A DNA stretch of 64,000 bases from Ignavibacteriota bacterium (GTDB lineage: Bacteria > Bacteroidota > Ignavibacteria > Palsa-1295), in NCBI GenBank assembly GCA_963787835.1, contig CAWBEI010000002.1:672001-736000 (forward strand). The letters are read 5' to 3'. Under the pieces are notes generated by a model, which ran no database searches, was not told the origin of the DNA, and saw only the letters and a program-made list of their open reading frames with translations. Below, in pieces: positions 1 through 8,782 of this stretch. A program made the position numbers and the translations under genes. Each line of letters opens with the position of its first letter. Position 1 is the stretch's first letter.

Positions 1-1802
1 ACAATGACGGGAGCTTTCTGCCCGCCTTTGGTACGCCATTGCAATGTCGCAAGGTCATCCGTCATTGGTTCCAGACCGAAGATAAGATAATCGAGATATT
101 GAATTTCAACGATAGGCCGCAATCCGCGCATAGCCGCGCCGATGCCTTGACCGATGATCGTGGCTTCGCGAATGCCGGTATCCGTCACGCGAAGTTCCCC
201 ATACTTCGCCTGCATATCTTCGAAGCCTTTGTTGACATCTCCTATAACGCCAATATCTTCACCGATCGCGAACACGCGCGGGTCACGAGCAAGTGCATGA
301 TCGAAGCACGCCTGCATCACCTGGCGACCATCTACTTTCGCTTCATCGCCGGTGTATTGCGGCTTGATCTCCGGAACATTCAGCGCCGATTCTGCTGACT
401 CGCTATAAATATGCGATGAATATTCATCCTCATGCCGCGCATCGGCTTTTCGCTTCCAATGCCACAGGTCGGCAGCGTGCCCTTTGCCTGCAAGACGAAT
501 TACCTTGCCGACCGCACTATAAACATCTTTATTGATCGGCTCCTTGATGGCATTCAGTGAATCTTTAACTGCAATAATTTCACTGCTCGCGTTCGTTTGC
601 GTAGCGATCTGATCGAAGATCGCGCTTACATCTCCAACATCCTGCTTGATAGGCGCAAGGTATGCATCCCACGCAGCTTGCTTAGCGGCATCGACGAATT
701 TCTTATCCTCGGCATCGATCGCATCCATATCCTCAGCAGACGCAAGATCGTTCGCAACGATCCACTCGCGGAAACGCGTGACGCAATCGTGCTCGGCTTC
801 CCATTCGAGGCGTTCCTTGGATTTATAGCGCTCATGGGAACCGGAAGTGGAGTGTCCCTGCGGCTGCGTAAGTTCGGTAATGTGGAAAAGAACCGGCGTA
901 TGCTCCTTCCGTGCGCGTTCCGTGCCTTCTCGATATGCCGATAGCAGCGCCGGATAATCCCAGCCATTGACTCGGTAGATAAGGTAGCCTTCGCCGAACT
1001 CGTTCGTTTCGAATCCTTTGAGGATCTCCGAGATATTTTCTTTCGTCGTCTGATATTTCGCAGGGACGCTGATACCATAGCCATCGTCCCACACGCTGAT
1101 GGCCATTGGCACGCGCAGCACTCCGGCAGCATTGAATGCTTCCCAAAACATTCCTTCAGAAGTGGAGGCATTACCGATGGTGCCGAATGCAACTTCATTC
1201 CCATGATCGGAGAATTGCTCGAAGCCGTGTTGAAGGACAGGAGTTTCTCGATAAAGCTTGGAGGCATAGGCCAGCCCGACGAGGCGCGGCATTTGTCCGC
1301 TGGTCGGAGATACATCGGCGGAGGAATTTTTCTGCGCCATCACATTCTTCCAGGAACCGTCTTCGTTCAGGCTGCGGGTTCCGAAATGACCGTTCATCAT
1401 GCGGCCCGCACTGGCGGGTTCCGCTTCCACCGAAGTATGCGCATACAACTGAGCGAAAAATTCCTGAACAGAATGAATACCGGCAGCGATCATGAAGGTT
1501 TGGTCGCGGTAGTAGCCTGCGCGCCAATCGCCGTTGCGGAACACGCGCGCCATCGCAACCTGCGGCAGTTCCTTGCCATCGCCGAAAATGCCGAACTTCG
1601 CCTTGCCCGTCAGCACCTCGCGCCGCCCCAGCAGACTGGCAAGCCGGCTTTGGTGGCAAATGCGGTAATCGAAAAGAATTTCCTCTCGCGTTAAGCTAGT
1701 TTCCTCGAATGGCGAATGGTGAGCATGCCCATTATTAGAAGGGAGTTGACCATTCGTTGATACCGCTACGAGGCTTTTCTGTTTGGATGTTTTTTCCGGC
1801 AT
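1..1802 (-). CDS. 2-oxoacid (probably branched-chain) dehydrogenase E1, fused alpha/beta subunits; 3' end runs off the window
   Basis: Absent from the ORF track because it is open at the edge. Manual translation from ATG 1802 gives MPEKTSKQ...SRLASLLGRREVLTGKAKFGIFGDGKELPQVAM...YYRDQTF (E1 alpha). The same frame near the edge gives GEDIGVIGDVNKGF...DTGIREATIIGQGIGAAMRGLRPIVEIQYLDY (E1 beta). Confidence 0.9.
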   Translation of the reverse strand, partial: MPEKTSKQKSLVAVSTNGQLPSNNGHAHHSPFEETSLTREEILFDYRICHQSRLASLLGRREVLTGKAKFGIFGDGKELPQVAMARVFRNGDWRAGYYRDQTFMIAAGIHSVQEFFAQLYAHTSVEAEPASAGRMMNGHFGTRSLNEDGSWKNVMAQKNSSADVSPTSGQMPRLVGLAYASKLYRETPVLQHGFEQFSDHGNEVAFGTIGNASTSEGMFWEAFNAAGVLRVPMAISVWDDGYGISVPAKYQTTKENISEILKGFETNEFGEGYLIYRVNGWDYPALLSAYREGTERARKEHTPVLFHITELTQPQGHSTSGSHERYKSKERLEWEAEHDCVTRFREWIVANDLASAEDMDAIDAEDKKFVDAAKQAAWDAYLAPIKQDVGDVSAIFDQIATQTNASSEIIAVKDSLNAIKEPINKDVYSAVGKVIRLAGKGHAADLWHWKRKADARHEDEYSSHIYSESAESALNVPEIKPQYTGDEAKVDGRQVMQACFDHALARDPRVFAIGEDIGVIGDVNKGFEDMQAKYGELRVTDTGIREATIIGQGIGAAMRGLRPIVEIQYLDYLIFGLEPMTDDLATLQWRTKGGQKAPVI

Positions 1803-1867
1803 TTTGACTATAACATTCTTCATGGGGCTTTTCTTCCCCACCCGAAAACTGCGTCAGGATGGGCGTG

Positions 1868-3907
1868 TCAGCGGAGCACCACGATCGTTCGGGTTTCGGA
1901 GCGACCGGTTGCGGATGAGATCCTTACAATTTTCAGGCCTGAGGTGAGCGCGGTGAGATCGAGCGGGAATGGGTCGGTACTGAGATCGGCGGTCGTTTGC
2001 AATTCCATCCTTCCGAGGGTGTTCAGAAGTTCAATCCGCGCAGAGGCTATTGGGCTGGAAGACGTAATTTCAGCGACAGTGCTCACAGGGTTTGGCGTGA
2101 TACTAAAAACCGGCACACTACCGTTTCGTAAAAGATCGCTAAGAATAGTTTGCGCACAATTACCCGACCCGCAGATCTGCGTAGTGACGCCAACGATCGA
2201 ACCGCAGAATGTCCCGCCGGGAAGCTTGCTTGCACCGATCGTGATCTGAGCGCAATTTTGCTGAGTTGGGAAAAAACCAAAATGCAAAAGCGCGATCACG
2301 CTATCGAGCGCAAGCCCCGTTTGTGCATGAATATGAAGTATCTTCACGTTGCTCTCCGATGTGACAGAATCGATCCGCGTGCCATCGAGATCGTATCCGC
2401 CTTGAAAGACGAGCACCGTGGAATCGTAAATAATTTCCAGATTGATCGGCGATGGAACGTTTATATTAGATTTCAGCGGCAGCACGAGATCGCCGATCGT
2501 ATCTGTGATGATCCGATTAGCCGAGAGCACGATCGTTCCGCTGGAACCGTGCCCGCCAAGCTGGAGTAGCAGCACCTGACCATCGCTAAGCGTGATCCGA
2601 AGGCTTGCGGAATACGCGCGCGCGCTATCCGGAGCAAACAGGATAATATCGGAATCAAGGCTCGCTACGCTCGAATCCGAAAGGCGCGTAAACTGGTAGT
2701 ACATCGAATCCGGCCCGACGATCTGCTGCGAAACAATGGTTGGCGGAACGCAAATATATCCGGAATACGGTAAAATATTAACGCTCTTCGCGAGAGTTCC
2801 GCAAGCCGGAAGTGTGTCGCCGTTGAACAGCGATGCAGCCGAAAGCTGCGGCGCAACATATTCCTCGTTAATAGGAACTCCGGCAGAATTCGTGGTTCGC
2901 CAAATGCTTCCTCCGCTATCGAGCGCGATGATAAGGCTATCGTTAATGGCGCAGATCGAACGTGTATCGATCCCGGAGTTCGGCCCGCCGATCGACTCCC
3001 AATTCCCGCCTATCGCGCGATAAACACCGCCGGCATTACTCGCTGTAAAGATACAATTCGTGCCCGCCTCGACCGATCCTGTGAAATATTTCGGCACATT
3101 AGTAACGCTTGTCTGCCAGCTTGCGCCGCCATCCGTGGAGGATAACACCTGCGAGATCGTATCGAATGGGAAATAATTCTCATTCGTAAGATACCCAACT
3201 CCCTGACAGGAATCGAAGGTGAGGCTGTAGCAATCTGCAATGAATTGACCGGCAAGCGATTGCCAGCTCGCACCATCATCGGTGGATTCATACATCAACC
3301 CCACATAATCATACGAGGGAACGAATAATTTCGAGGCAAGCAGATACAGCGAGCCTTTTCGGTACAGGATCTGTGTAGCATTAGTATCTACACGCTGAAC
3401 GTTCCAGGTGGTGCCTGCGTCATTGGAGATCCACACTTCACCGCCGAAATCCGAGAGCGCAATGCGTCCGGGCGACTCCATAAACGTTCCGTTCGCCATG
3501 CCATCGACCTGATTTGCAAGCTTGTTCTGCCAGGTATTGCCGCCATCGGTCGTGAGATAAGCGCCGAAGAACGTTGTAACAATGCCGTTATTCTTATCGA
3601 TAAAATTAATATCCTCGATACGGTCCAGCGTGGGGTCGAAGAACTGCGGGATCTGCCGCCAGGTTGCGCCGCTGTCATTCGAGCGGCAGAGGGTCAGGCA
3701 GCCAGCCCAGACGATGCCATCCTTATACGTGATCGCTGCGCTCTCGACGGGAAGGCTGCCGATAGCCTGATTCGCTACAATGCTCCATTGTGCGCTAGCC
3801 TTCCGAGACATAAATAGTTGAAAGGACAACAGCATCACCACGGTCAGGGCCGCCGACCGAAAACTCCAAAAGGACGCCCGCTGGAACAGATGCCGCATAA
3901 AACCCAA
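1868..3907 (-). CDS. Secreted BNR/Asp-box beta-propeller protein with Ig/cohesin-like region and T9SS C-terminal sorting domain
   Basis: Signal peptide (ASA-Q); repeated S/T-x-D-x-G-x-T/S-W Asp-boxes; C-terminal ITPNPV...LNTLGR...SGLKIVRI. True start may be ATG 3898. Confidence 0.8.
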   Translation of the reverse strand: MGFMRHLFQRASFWSFRSAALTVVMLLSFQLFMSRKASAQWSIVANQAIGSLPVESAAITYKDGIVWAGCLTLCRSNDSGATWRQIPQFFDPTLDRIEDINFIDKNNGIVTTFFGAYLTTDGGNTWQNKLANQVDGMANGTFMESPGRIALSDFGGEVWISNDAGTTWNVQRVDTNATQILYRKGSLYLLASKLFVPSYDYVGLMYESTDDGASWQSLAGQFIADCYSLTFDSCQGVGYLTNENYFPFDTISQVLSSTDGGASWQTSVTNVPKYFTGSVEAGTNCIFTASNAGGVYRAIGGNWESIGGPNSGIDTRSICAINDSLIIALDSGGSIWRTTNSAGVPINEEYVAPQLSAASLFNGDTLPACGTLAKSVNILPYSGYICVPPTIVSQQIVGPDSMYYQFTRLSDSSVASLDSDIILFAPDSARAYSASLRITLSDGQVLLLQLGGHGSSGTIVLSANRIITDTIGDLVLPLKSNINVPSPINLEIIYDSTVLVFQGGYDLDGTRIDSVTSESNVKILHIHAQTGLALDSVIALLHFGFFPTQQNCAQITIGASKLPGGTFCGSIVGVTTQICGSGNCAQTILSDLLRNGSVPVFSITPNPVSTVAEITSSSPIASARIELLNTLGRMELQTTADLSTDPFPLDLTALTSGLKIVRISSATGRSETRTIVVLR

Positions 3908-4000
3908 CTGAAAAAGAAGCGATCACATATAGCTCGTATATACAAGACACTTTAATTCGAATAAGGTAACAGAAAATCCTGAAAATAATGTCCGAAAGAA

Positions 4001-4161
4001 TCAGAACCAGGATGACGCGGATTTGGGCGGATGACGCGGATAGATTGGTGTTCATCCGCGACTTTCTTCTCTAAAACCACATCGCGCTATTTCAATCCAG
4101 AAGAACCACTCCTAAACATCCGCGTAATCCCCTTTCCTAATCCGCGTAATCCAGGTTCAGA
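4001..4161. repeat. Inverted-repeat element of the GGATTACGCGGAT family, copy 1
   Basis: Left arm TCAGAACCAGGATGACGCGGAT..GGATGACGCGGAT; right arm ATCCGCGTAATCC..ATCCGCGTAATCCAGGTTCAGA. Homologous to 6845-6941. Confidence 0.8.
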
Positions 4162-4169
4162 TAATCCCT

Positions 4170-6383
4170 TCACGGCAAAACCACCATCCCCCGCGTTTGG
4201 GACGAACCGCCGCTCTCCAGACGGTAGAAATACACGCCGCTTGGGGTGTTCCCGCGCTGGAACGGCACCTCATGCTCGCCGGCATCCATAAAGCCATTCG
4301 CAAGCGCAGCCACTTCGCGGCCCGTGGCGTCGTAGATAGTGAGGGTAATGTAGGATGGTTCCGGAAGTGTGAACGAGATTGTGGTGCTTTGGGTGACGGG
4401 GTTGGGGGAGTTCTGAGTTAGGAGAATGGATGACGGTTGCACGGGAGCTGATTGGACGGCATCAAGAGTGGGGTTGACACTTCGATAAAGACCGGATTCT
4501 GTTTCAACGAATACGTATCCATTAGGGGACAATGCTAGTGACCTTACCGATTTGTCACTCAAGCCACTATTTAGGGAATCCCAAGACATTCCTTCGTCGG
4601 TAGAGCGATACACACCCTCGAAGGGACTACTATTATAATTTACGTAGCCGAGATATAGATAGTTTTGTGCATCTGTGAGCATAGACATTTCTGCGATTTC
4701 ACCTTCAGTTGTGTCCAATCGCGAAACATTTTGCCAAGTATCTCCATCATCTTTCGAACAAAAAATTCGAGTGCTACCAGAGGCTGCAAAAATATTTCCA
4801 TTTTTGTCAATAGCAAGTGCATAAATATCGCTGTCAGTTAAACCGGCATTGGTCTGTTTCCAATTCTTACAGCCGTCTGTTGAGCGAAAAATGCCACTAC
4901 TAGAGCCGACAAAAATATTGCAGGAACGATCAGAAATAAGGCATTCTGGTGCGCCTGGAATACCGGGTGCAGATTCATGCCAACTACTTCCAGAGTCGGA
5001 AGAAAAGAACATTCGATTAGGTATTGCTTCGTTCGAATAGAGGTAAAGATTTCCACAGCCATCTGTAACAGGTCCCCATACATTACCCGAATCAATTGAA
5101 GCGGGCAAACCCGAATCGCATAAATCCCAATGCGAACCGAAATCACTGGTACGCAAGCAATCAACGTAGTCCCATAAATACAGCGAATTCCCCATAATAG
5201 GTTGCCAATCGGTTGAATAATTTGTGTTGATTGGGACTTCGATTGGGAACCATGTGCTCCCCAAATCCGTGGAATAGGAAGAGCCTGTTGTTAAAGTCCC
5301 ATTCTGGGATATATTAAGATTGTATAGTGTTCCTAAACCATGTCCTATCACTGTCCATGTGTTCCCATTATCGGTTGATTCTTCCAATCCGTAATAATCG
5401 GTTCCCGCATAGATGCTATTACCAGTCGAATTAATTGCAATACACTTAATAAACTGACTTTTGAGTTCCGAATCCAATGACTCCCAAGTATTTCCGTTAT
5501 CTGTAGAGCGGAAAAGTCCCACATCACTGGGCCACAATATGGAGTAGGTAGTGATAAATAGCGTTCCGTTGGGTGAAACCGTGAGAGAACTTACTTCAGC
5601 AGAGTCCGTAGGGGCATTTTGAAGCTGAGTCCAATTACTATCGTCCAAGCGAAACAAACCATTGTTACAACTTGCGAAAGGAGTTCCGTTCAAACTAACT
5701 CCGAGCAAATTACCGTATTCAGAAAGAGTATCGGCTGACACACGATTCCAATTTGTTTTATCGCTCGATTTAAAAATTATTCCATTGCTTATACCAGCAA
5801 AAATATTATTGTTTTTATCGACAGCGAAGGCAATTGACTGATTAAAAGTGTTATTGGGCCCCTCATACGGAGCAATCCATTCGTATAACGCGGTGTATTG
5901 CCAGCTAAGCCCTTCATCAGTTGAAATCATGACACCGAGCGTATCAAAATCATAGCTTGATTGATGAGGAAAGCCTTGCATGTATACCTGGGCAGCCCAT
6001 CCAGCAATTAAGTCACCGAGACTATCAACAGTAAAAGGTGCGCCCACATTGGGAATCAATTGCCAAGAAAAACCAACGTCAGTTGAACGATATATATTGC
6101 GGTTGTAATCTTCACCAAAAAGGTGGCTGTTTGGACTTTTCCACATTGCTGCAAAGTCCCAGGGGGAATCCGGTTGAGGTTCTTGCCATGTTAAACCTTC
6201 ATCATTCGATATGAAAATATTACCATCGCTGGCGATGATTGTTCCATCATCTTCAATTGTGATTGCACTCGCGGTAGAAGGGGTTGTGTTTCCCACCGGT
6301 TCCCAAAAATTCTGCGCTACGCTTGGGCTGTCGGCGAATAGCACCAGCGCGGCGAGGAGGAGGAATGTGAGTTTGGGGAACAT
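4170..6383 (-). CDS. Secreted Asp-box beta-propeller protein with T9SS C-terminal sorting domain
   Basis: Signal peptide; many RSTDxGxxW boxes; C-terminal QNSPNP...IYDATGREVA...SGVYFYRL. Confidence 0.85.
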   Translation of the reverse strand: MFPKLTFLLLAALVLFADSPSVAQNFWEPVGNTTPSTASAITIEDDGTIIASDGNIFISNDEGLTWQEPQPDSPWDFAAMWKSPNSHLFGEDYNRNIYRSTDVGFSWQLIPNVGAPFTVDSLGDLIAGWAAQVYMQGFPHQSSYDFDTLGVMISTDEGLSWQYTALYEWIAPYEGPNNTFNQSIAFAVDKNNNIFAGISNGIIFKSSDKTNWNRVSADTLSEYGNLLGVSLNGTPFASCNNGLFRLDDSNWTQLQNAPTDSAEVSSLTVSPNGTLFITTYSILWPSDVGLFRSTDNGNTWESLDSELKSQFIKCIAINSTGNSIYAGTDYYGLEESTDNGNTWTVIGHGLGTLYNLNISQNGTLTTGSSYSTDLGSTWFPIEVPINTNYSTDWQPIMGNSLYLWDYVDCLRTSDFGSHWDLCDSGLPASIDSGNVWGPVTDGCGNLYLYSNEAIPNRMFFSSDSGSSWHESAPGIPGAPECLISDRSCNIFVGSSSGIFRSTDGCKNWKQTNAGLTDSDIYALAIDKNGNIFAASGSTRIFCSKDDGDTWQNVSRLDTTEGEIAEMSMLTDAQNYLYLGYVNYNSSPFEGVYRSTDEGMSWDSLNSGLSDKSVRSLALSPNGYVFVETESGLYRSVNPTLDAVQSAPVQPSSILLTQNSPNPVTQSTTISFTLPEPSYITLTIYDATGREVAALANGFMDAGEHEVPFQRGNTPSGVYFYRLESGGSSQTRGMVVLP

Positions 6384-6473
6384 GGTATTTGTTGCAATGA
6401 AAAGCCGCCACGGAAGCCAAAAGTGCCCATGAGGGAGGGTAATTAGGAGTGCATAGGTCTGAACCCTTATACC

Positions 6474-6545
6474 TGTAGCACCGGCGTCCTCGCCGGTCCC
6501 CCTTCCGACACGCGACCGGGGAACAGGCGAGGACGCCTGCGCTAC
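6474..6545. repeat. GTAG-type REP doublet
   Basis: TGTAGCACCGGCGTCCTCGCCGG ... CAGGCGAGGACGCCTGCGCTAC inverted pair with internal hairpins. Confidence 0.75.
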
Positions 6546-6561
6546 GGGGGTGATGATCTAT

Positions 6562-6829
6562 TTTCGATTATTTTCGTGAAATGCTTGCATTCGGGTTTTT
6601 GTCGCCATATATTAGGGATTGCTTTGATGAGCACCCTTTTTCAATTACGAATTAAGAGTTGGGGAAGGCTCGTATGTTCACTGAAAATTGAGATGGAATA
6701 GATTTCTTGGAGAAATTAATGAACAATTACTTTAAAGTAAAATATAGTTCATTAAATGACAATTCAGTTGCGTTTAATGGGCACCAATGTCTTGAAGAAA
6801 CAAATGTTGAAATTGGCTCAATTTCGAGG
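6562..6829 (+). other. Conserved non-coding element A (candidate ncRNA or non-autonomous mobile element)
   Basis: 54/76 ungapped identity with 26794-26719 (-), plus three further shared blocks. Confidence 0.6.
6585..6613 (+). promoter_or_regulatory. Sigma70-type promoter at the head of non-coding element A
   Basis: TTGCAT-17 nt-TATATT; positionally conserved in the homologous element at 26743-26771. Confidence 0.65.
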
Positions 6830-6844
6830 ACAGATCATGAAGGC

Positions 6845-6941
6845 GAACCTGGATTACGCGGATTGGATGGATTACACGGATAGTTCGCTGCCAATGCACC
6901 ATCCGCGTAATCTCCCCAAATTATCCTCGTAATCCAGGTTC
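6845..6941. repeat. Inverted-repeat element of the GGATTACGCGGAT family, copy 2
   Basis: Perfect 14-bp terminal IR GAACCTGGATTACG / CGTAATCCAGGTTC with internal GGATTAC(G/A)CGGAT units. Confidence 0.8.
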
Positions 6942-6997
6942 TGATTCATGGGGGACGAAATTCCCACACCTATCGTTGAAGACGGTTGAGGGAAAAT

Positions 6998-8779
6998 ATG
7001 TCAAATACCAACGGAAAAGCAACAATGAATGGGCAGGCGCCGAGGTCGGCGCCCACCTCGCAGTCTTTTGAGCAAAGCAAGGAATACCAGGAAGCGTATC
7101 TGCTCTGGAAAGCCAAAGCGGAGGCGAGTCCCGAGACCGGGATGAAGTTCACCACGCTTTCGGGGAAGGCGCTGGAGACGGTGTATGCTCCGACCGGCAA
7201 TGGGGCGGACCCTTCGACAAGCTCAGGGCAGGCTCCGCGCAGCACGTCGCTACAAGATCCGAGCGCGTTCATTGAAAATATTGGTTTTCCGGGGCAGTTC
7301 CCATACACAAGGGGAATCCATCCGAATGGTTACCGTGGAAAGATCTGGACGATGCGGCAGTTCGCGGGATTCGGCACGCCGGAAGATACGAACGAGCGGT
7401 TCAAATATCTGCTTGCGCATGGGCAGACGGGGCTTTCCACCGCATTCGATCTGCCGACGCTCATGGGCCGCGATGCCGATGACCCGTGGAGCGAAGGCGA
7501 AGTAGGCATTTGTGGCGTAGCGATCAGTTCGCTCAAAGATATGGAGACGCTTTTTTCCGGCATCCCGCTGGATAAAGTTTCCACTTCGATGACGATCAAT
7601 TCGCCCGCGGCGATGATCTTTGCATACTACTTATGCGTGGCGGAACAGCAGGGCGTCCCCTTCAACAAACTGCGCGGAACGTTGCAGAACGATATTCTGA
7701 AAGAGTATATCGCACAAAAGGAGTTTATTTATCCGCCGGAACCATCGATGCGTATCATCACGGATATGATCGAGTTCTGCACGGCGGAAGTTCCGCAGTG
7801 GAATCCTGTTTCGGTGTCGGGCTATCATATTCGCGAGGCCGGCTCGACGGCTGCGCAGGAACTGGCTTTCACGCTCGCCGATGGCTTTTGCTATGTCGAG
7901 CATTGTATCGCGCGCGGGATGGATGTGGATGAATTTGCGCCTAGGCTATCGTTCTTTTTCAATTCGCATATCGACTTTTTCGAGGAGATCGCGAAGCTGC
8001 GGGCTGCGCGTAGAATTTGGGCCAGACGTTTGAAGGAGAAGTATGGAGCGAAGAGCGCGAAATCGCTTTCGCTACGGTTCCATACGCAGACAGCGGGATG
8101 TTCACTGACTGCTCAGCAGCCGGAGAACAATATCGTCCGCACGGCTTATGAAGCATTGGCCGGAGTGCTGGGCGGTACGCAATCGCTGCATACCAATTCG
8201 ATGGATGAAACGCTGGCGCTGCCAAGCGAGAAAGCAGTCAAGATCGCGCTGAGGACGCAGCAGATCCTGGCATACGAAACAGGCGTTATCAATACGGTCG
8301 ATCCGCTCGGAGGCTCATATTTTATCGAGTCAGAAACAGATCGTCTTGAACGCGAAGCCAATGCCTACTTCGATCAGATCGATGCACTAGGCGGCGTGAT
8401 ACCAGCGATCGAAGCGGGATTTTTCCAGCGAGAAATTGCGGACGCGGCGTACCGCTACCAGATCGAGCTCGATAAGAAAGAGAAGTTCATCGTTGGCGTG
8501 AACGAGTTCATTGAAAAAGATGAGAAGATCGATATTCCGATCCTGCAAATTTCGTCGGAAGTAGAACGATCTCAGAAACAGAAACTTGCAGAAGTGAAAG
8601 CGAACCGTTCCCAAACAGCGGTGGATGAATCCATCGAGGATATTCGCGCTGCCGGGTTCGGGCATACGAATCTGATGCCGCTCTTCATCAAGGCGGCACG
8701 GAACTATGTGACGCTCGGCGAAATGGTGAATACGCTGAAAGTTCCGTTTGGGGAGTATCAGGAATCGGTGGTATTTTAG
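6998..8779 (+). CDS. B12-dependent acyl-CoA mutase large subunit (methylmalonyl-CoA mutase family; isobutyryl-CoA mutase-like residues)
   Basis: [48 protein letters not shown]; no C-terminal DxHxxG B12 domain. ATG 6998 follows GAGGG. Confidence 0.92.
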   Translation: MSNTNGKATMNGQAPRSAPTSQSFEQSKEYQEAYLLWKAKAEASPETGMKFTTLSGKALETVYAPTGNGADPSTSSGQAPRSTSLQDPSAFIENIGFPGQFPYTRGIHPNGYRGKIWTMRQFAGFGTPEDTNERFKYLLAHGQTGLSTAFDLPTLMGRDADDPWSEGEVGICGVAISSLKDMETLFSGIPLDKVSTSMTINSPAAMIFAYYLCVAEQQGVPFNKLRGTLQNDILKEYIAQKEFIYPPEPSMRIITDMIEFCTAEVPQWNPVSVSGYHIREAGSTAAQELAFTLADGFCYVEHCIARGMDVDEFAPRLSFFFNSHIDFFEEIAKLRAARRIWARRLKEKYGAKSAKSLSLRFHTQTAGCSLTAQQPENNIVRTAYEALAGVLGGTQSLHTNSMDETLALPSEKAVKIALRTQQILAYETGVINTVDPLGGSYFIESETDRLEREANAYFDQIDALGGVIPAIEAGFFQREIADAAYRYQIELDKKEKFIVGVNEFIEKDEKIDIPILQISSEVERSQKQKLAEVKANRSQTAVDESIEDIRAAGFGHTNLMPLFIKAARNYVTLGEMVNTLKVPFGEYQESVVF

Positions 8780-8782
8780 AAG

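Noticed and set aside
39-1694. Several short ORFs on both strands in the ORF track
   Set aside because: They are shadows of the minus-strand E1 dehydrogenase CDS (1802 to the edge), which the track missed.
1707-1723. GAATGGC GAATGGT heptamer pair in the E1 N-terminal extension
   Set aside because: Only two units; could be chance.
6676-6692. rRNA operon leader suggested by promoter plus boxA-like motif
   Set aside because: No 16S or tRNA sequence follows either copy; kept only as part of the non-coding element finding.
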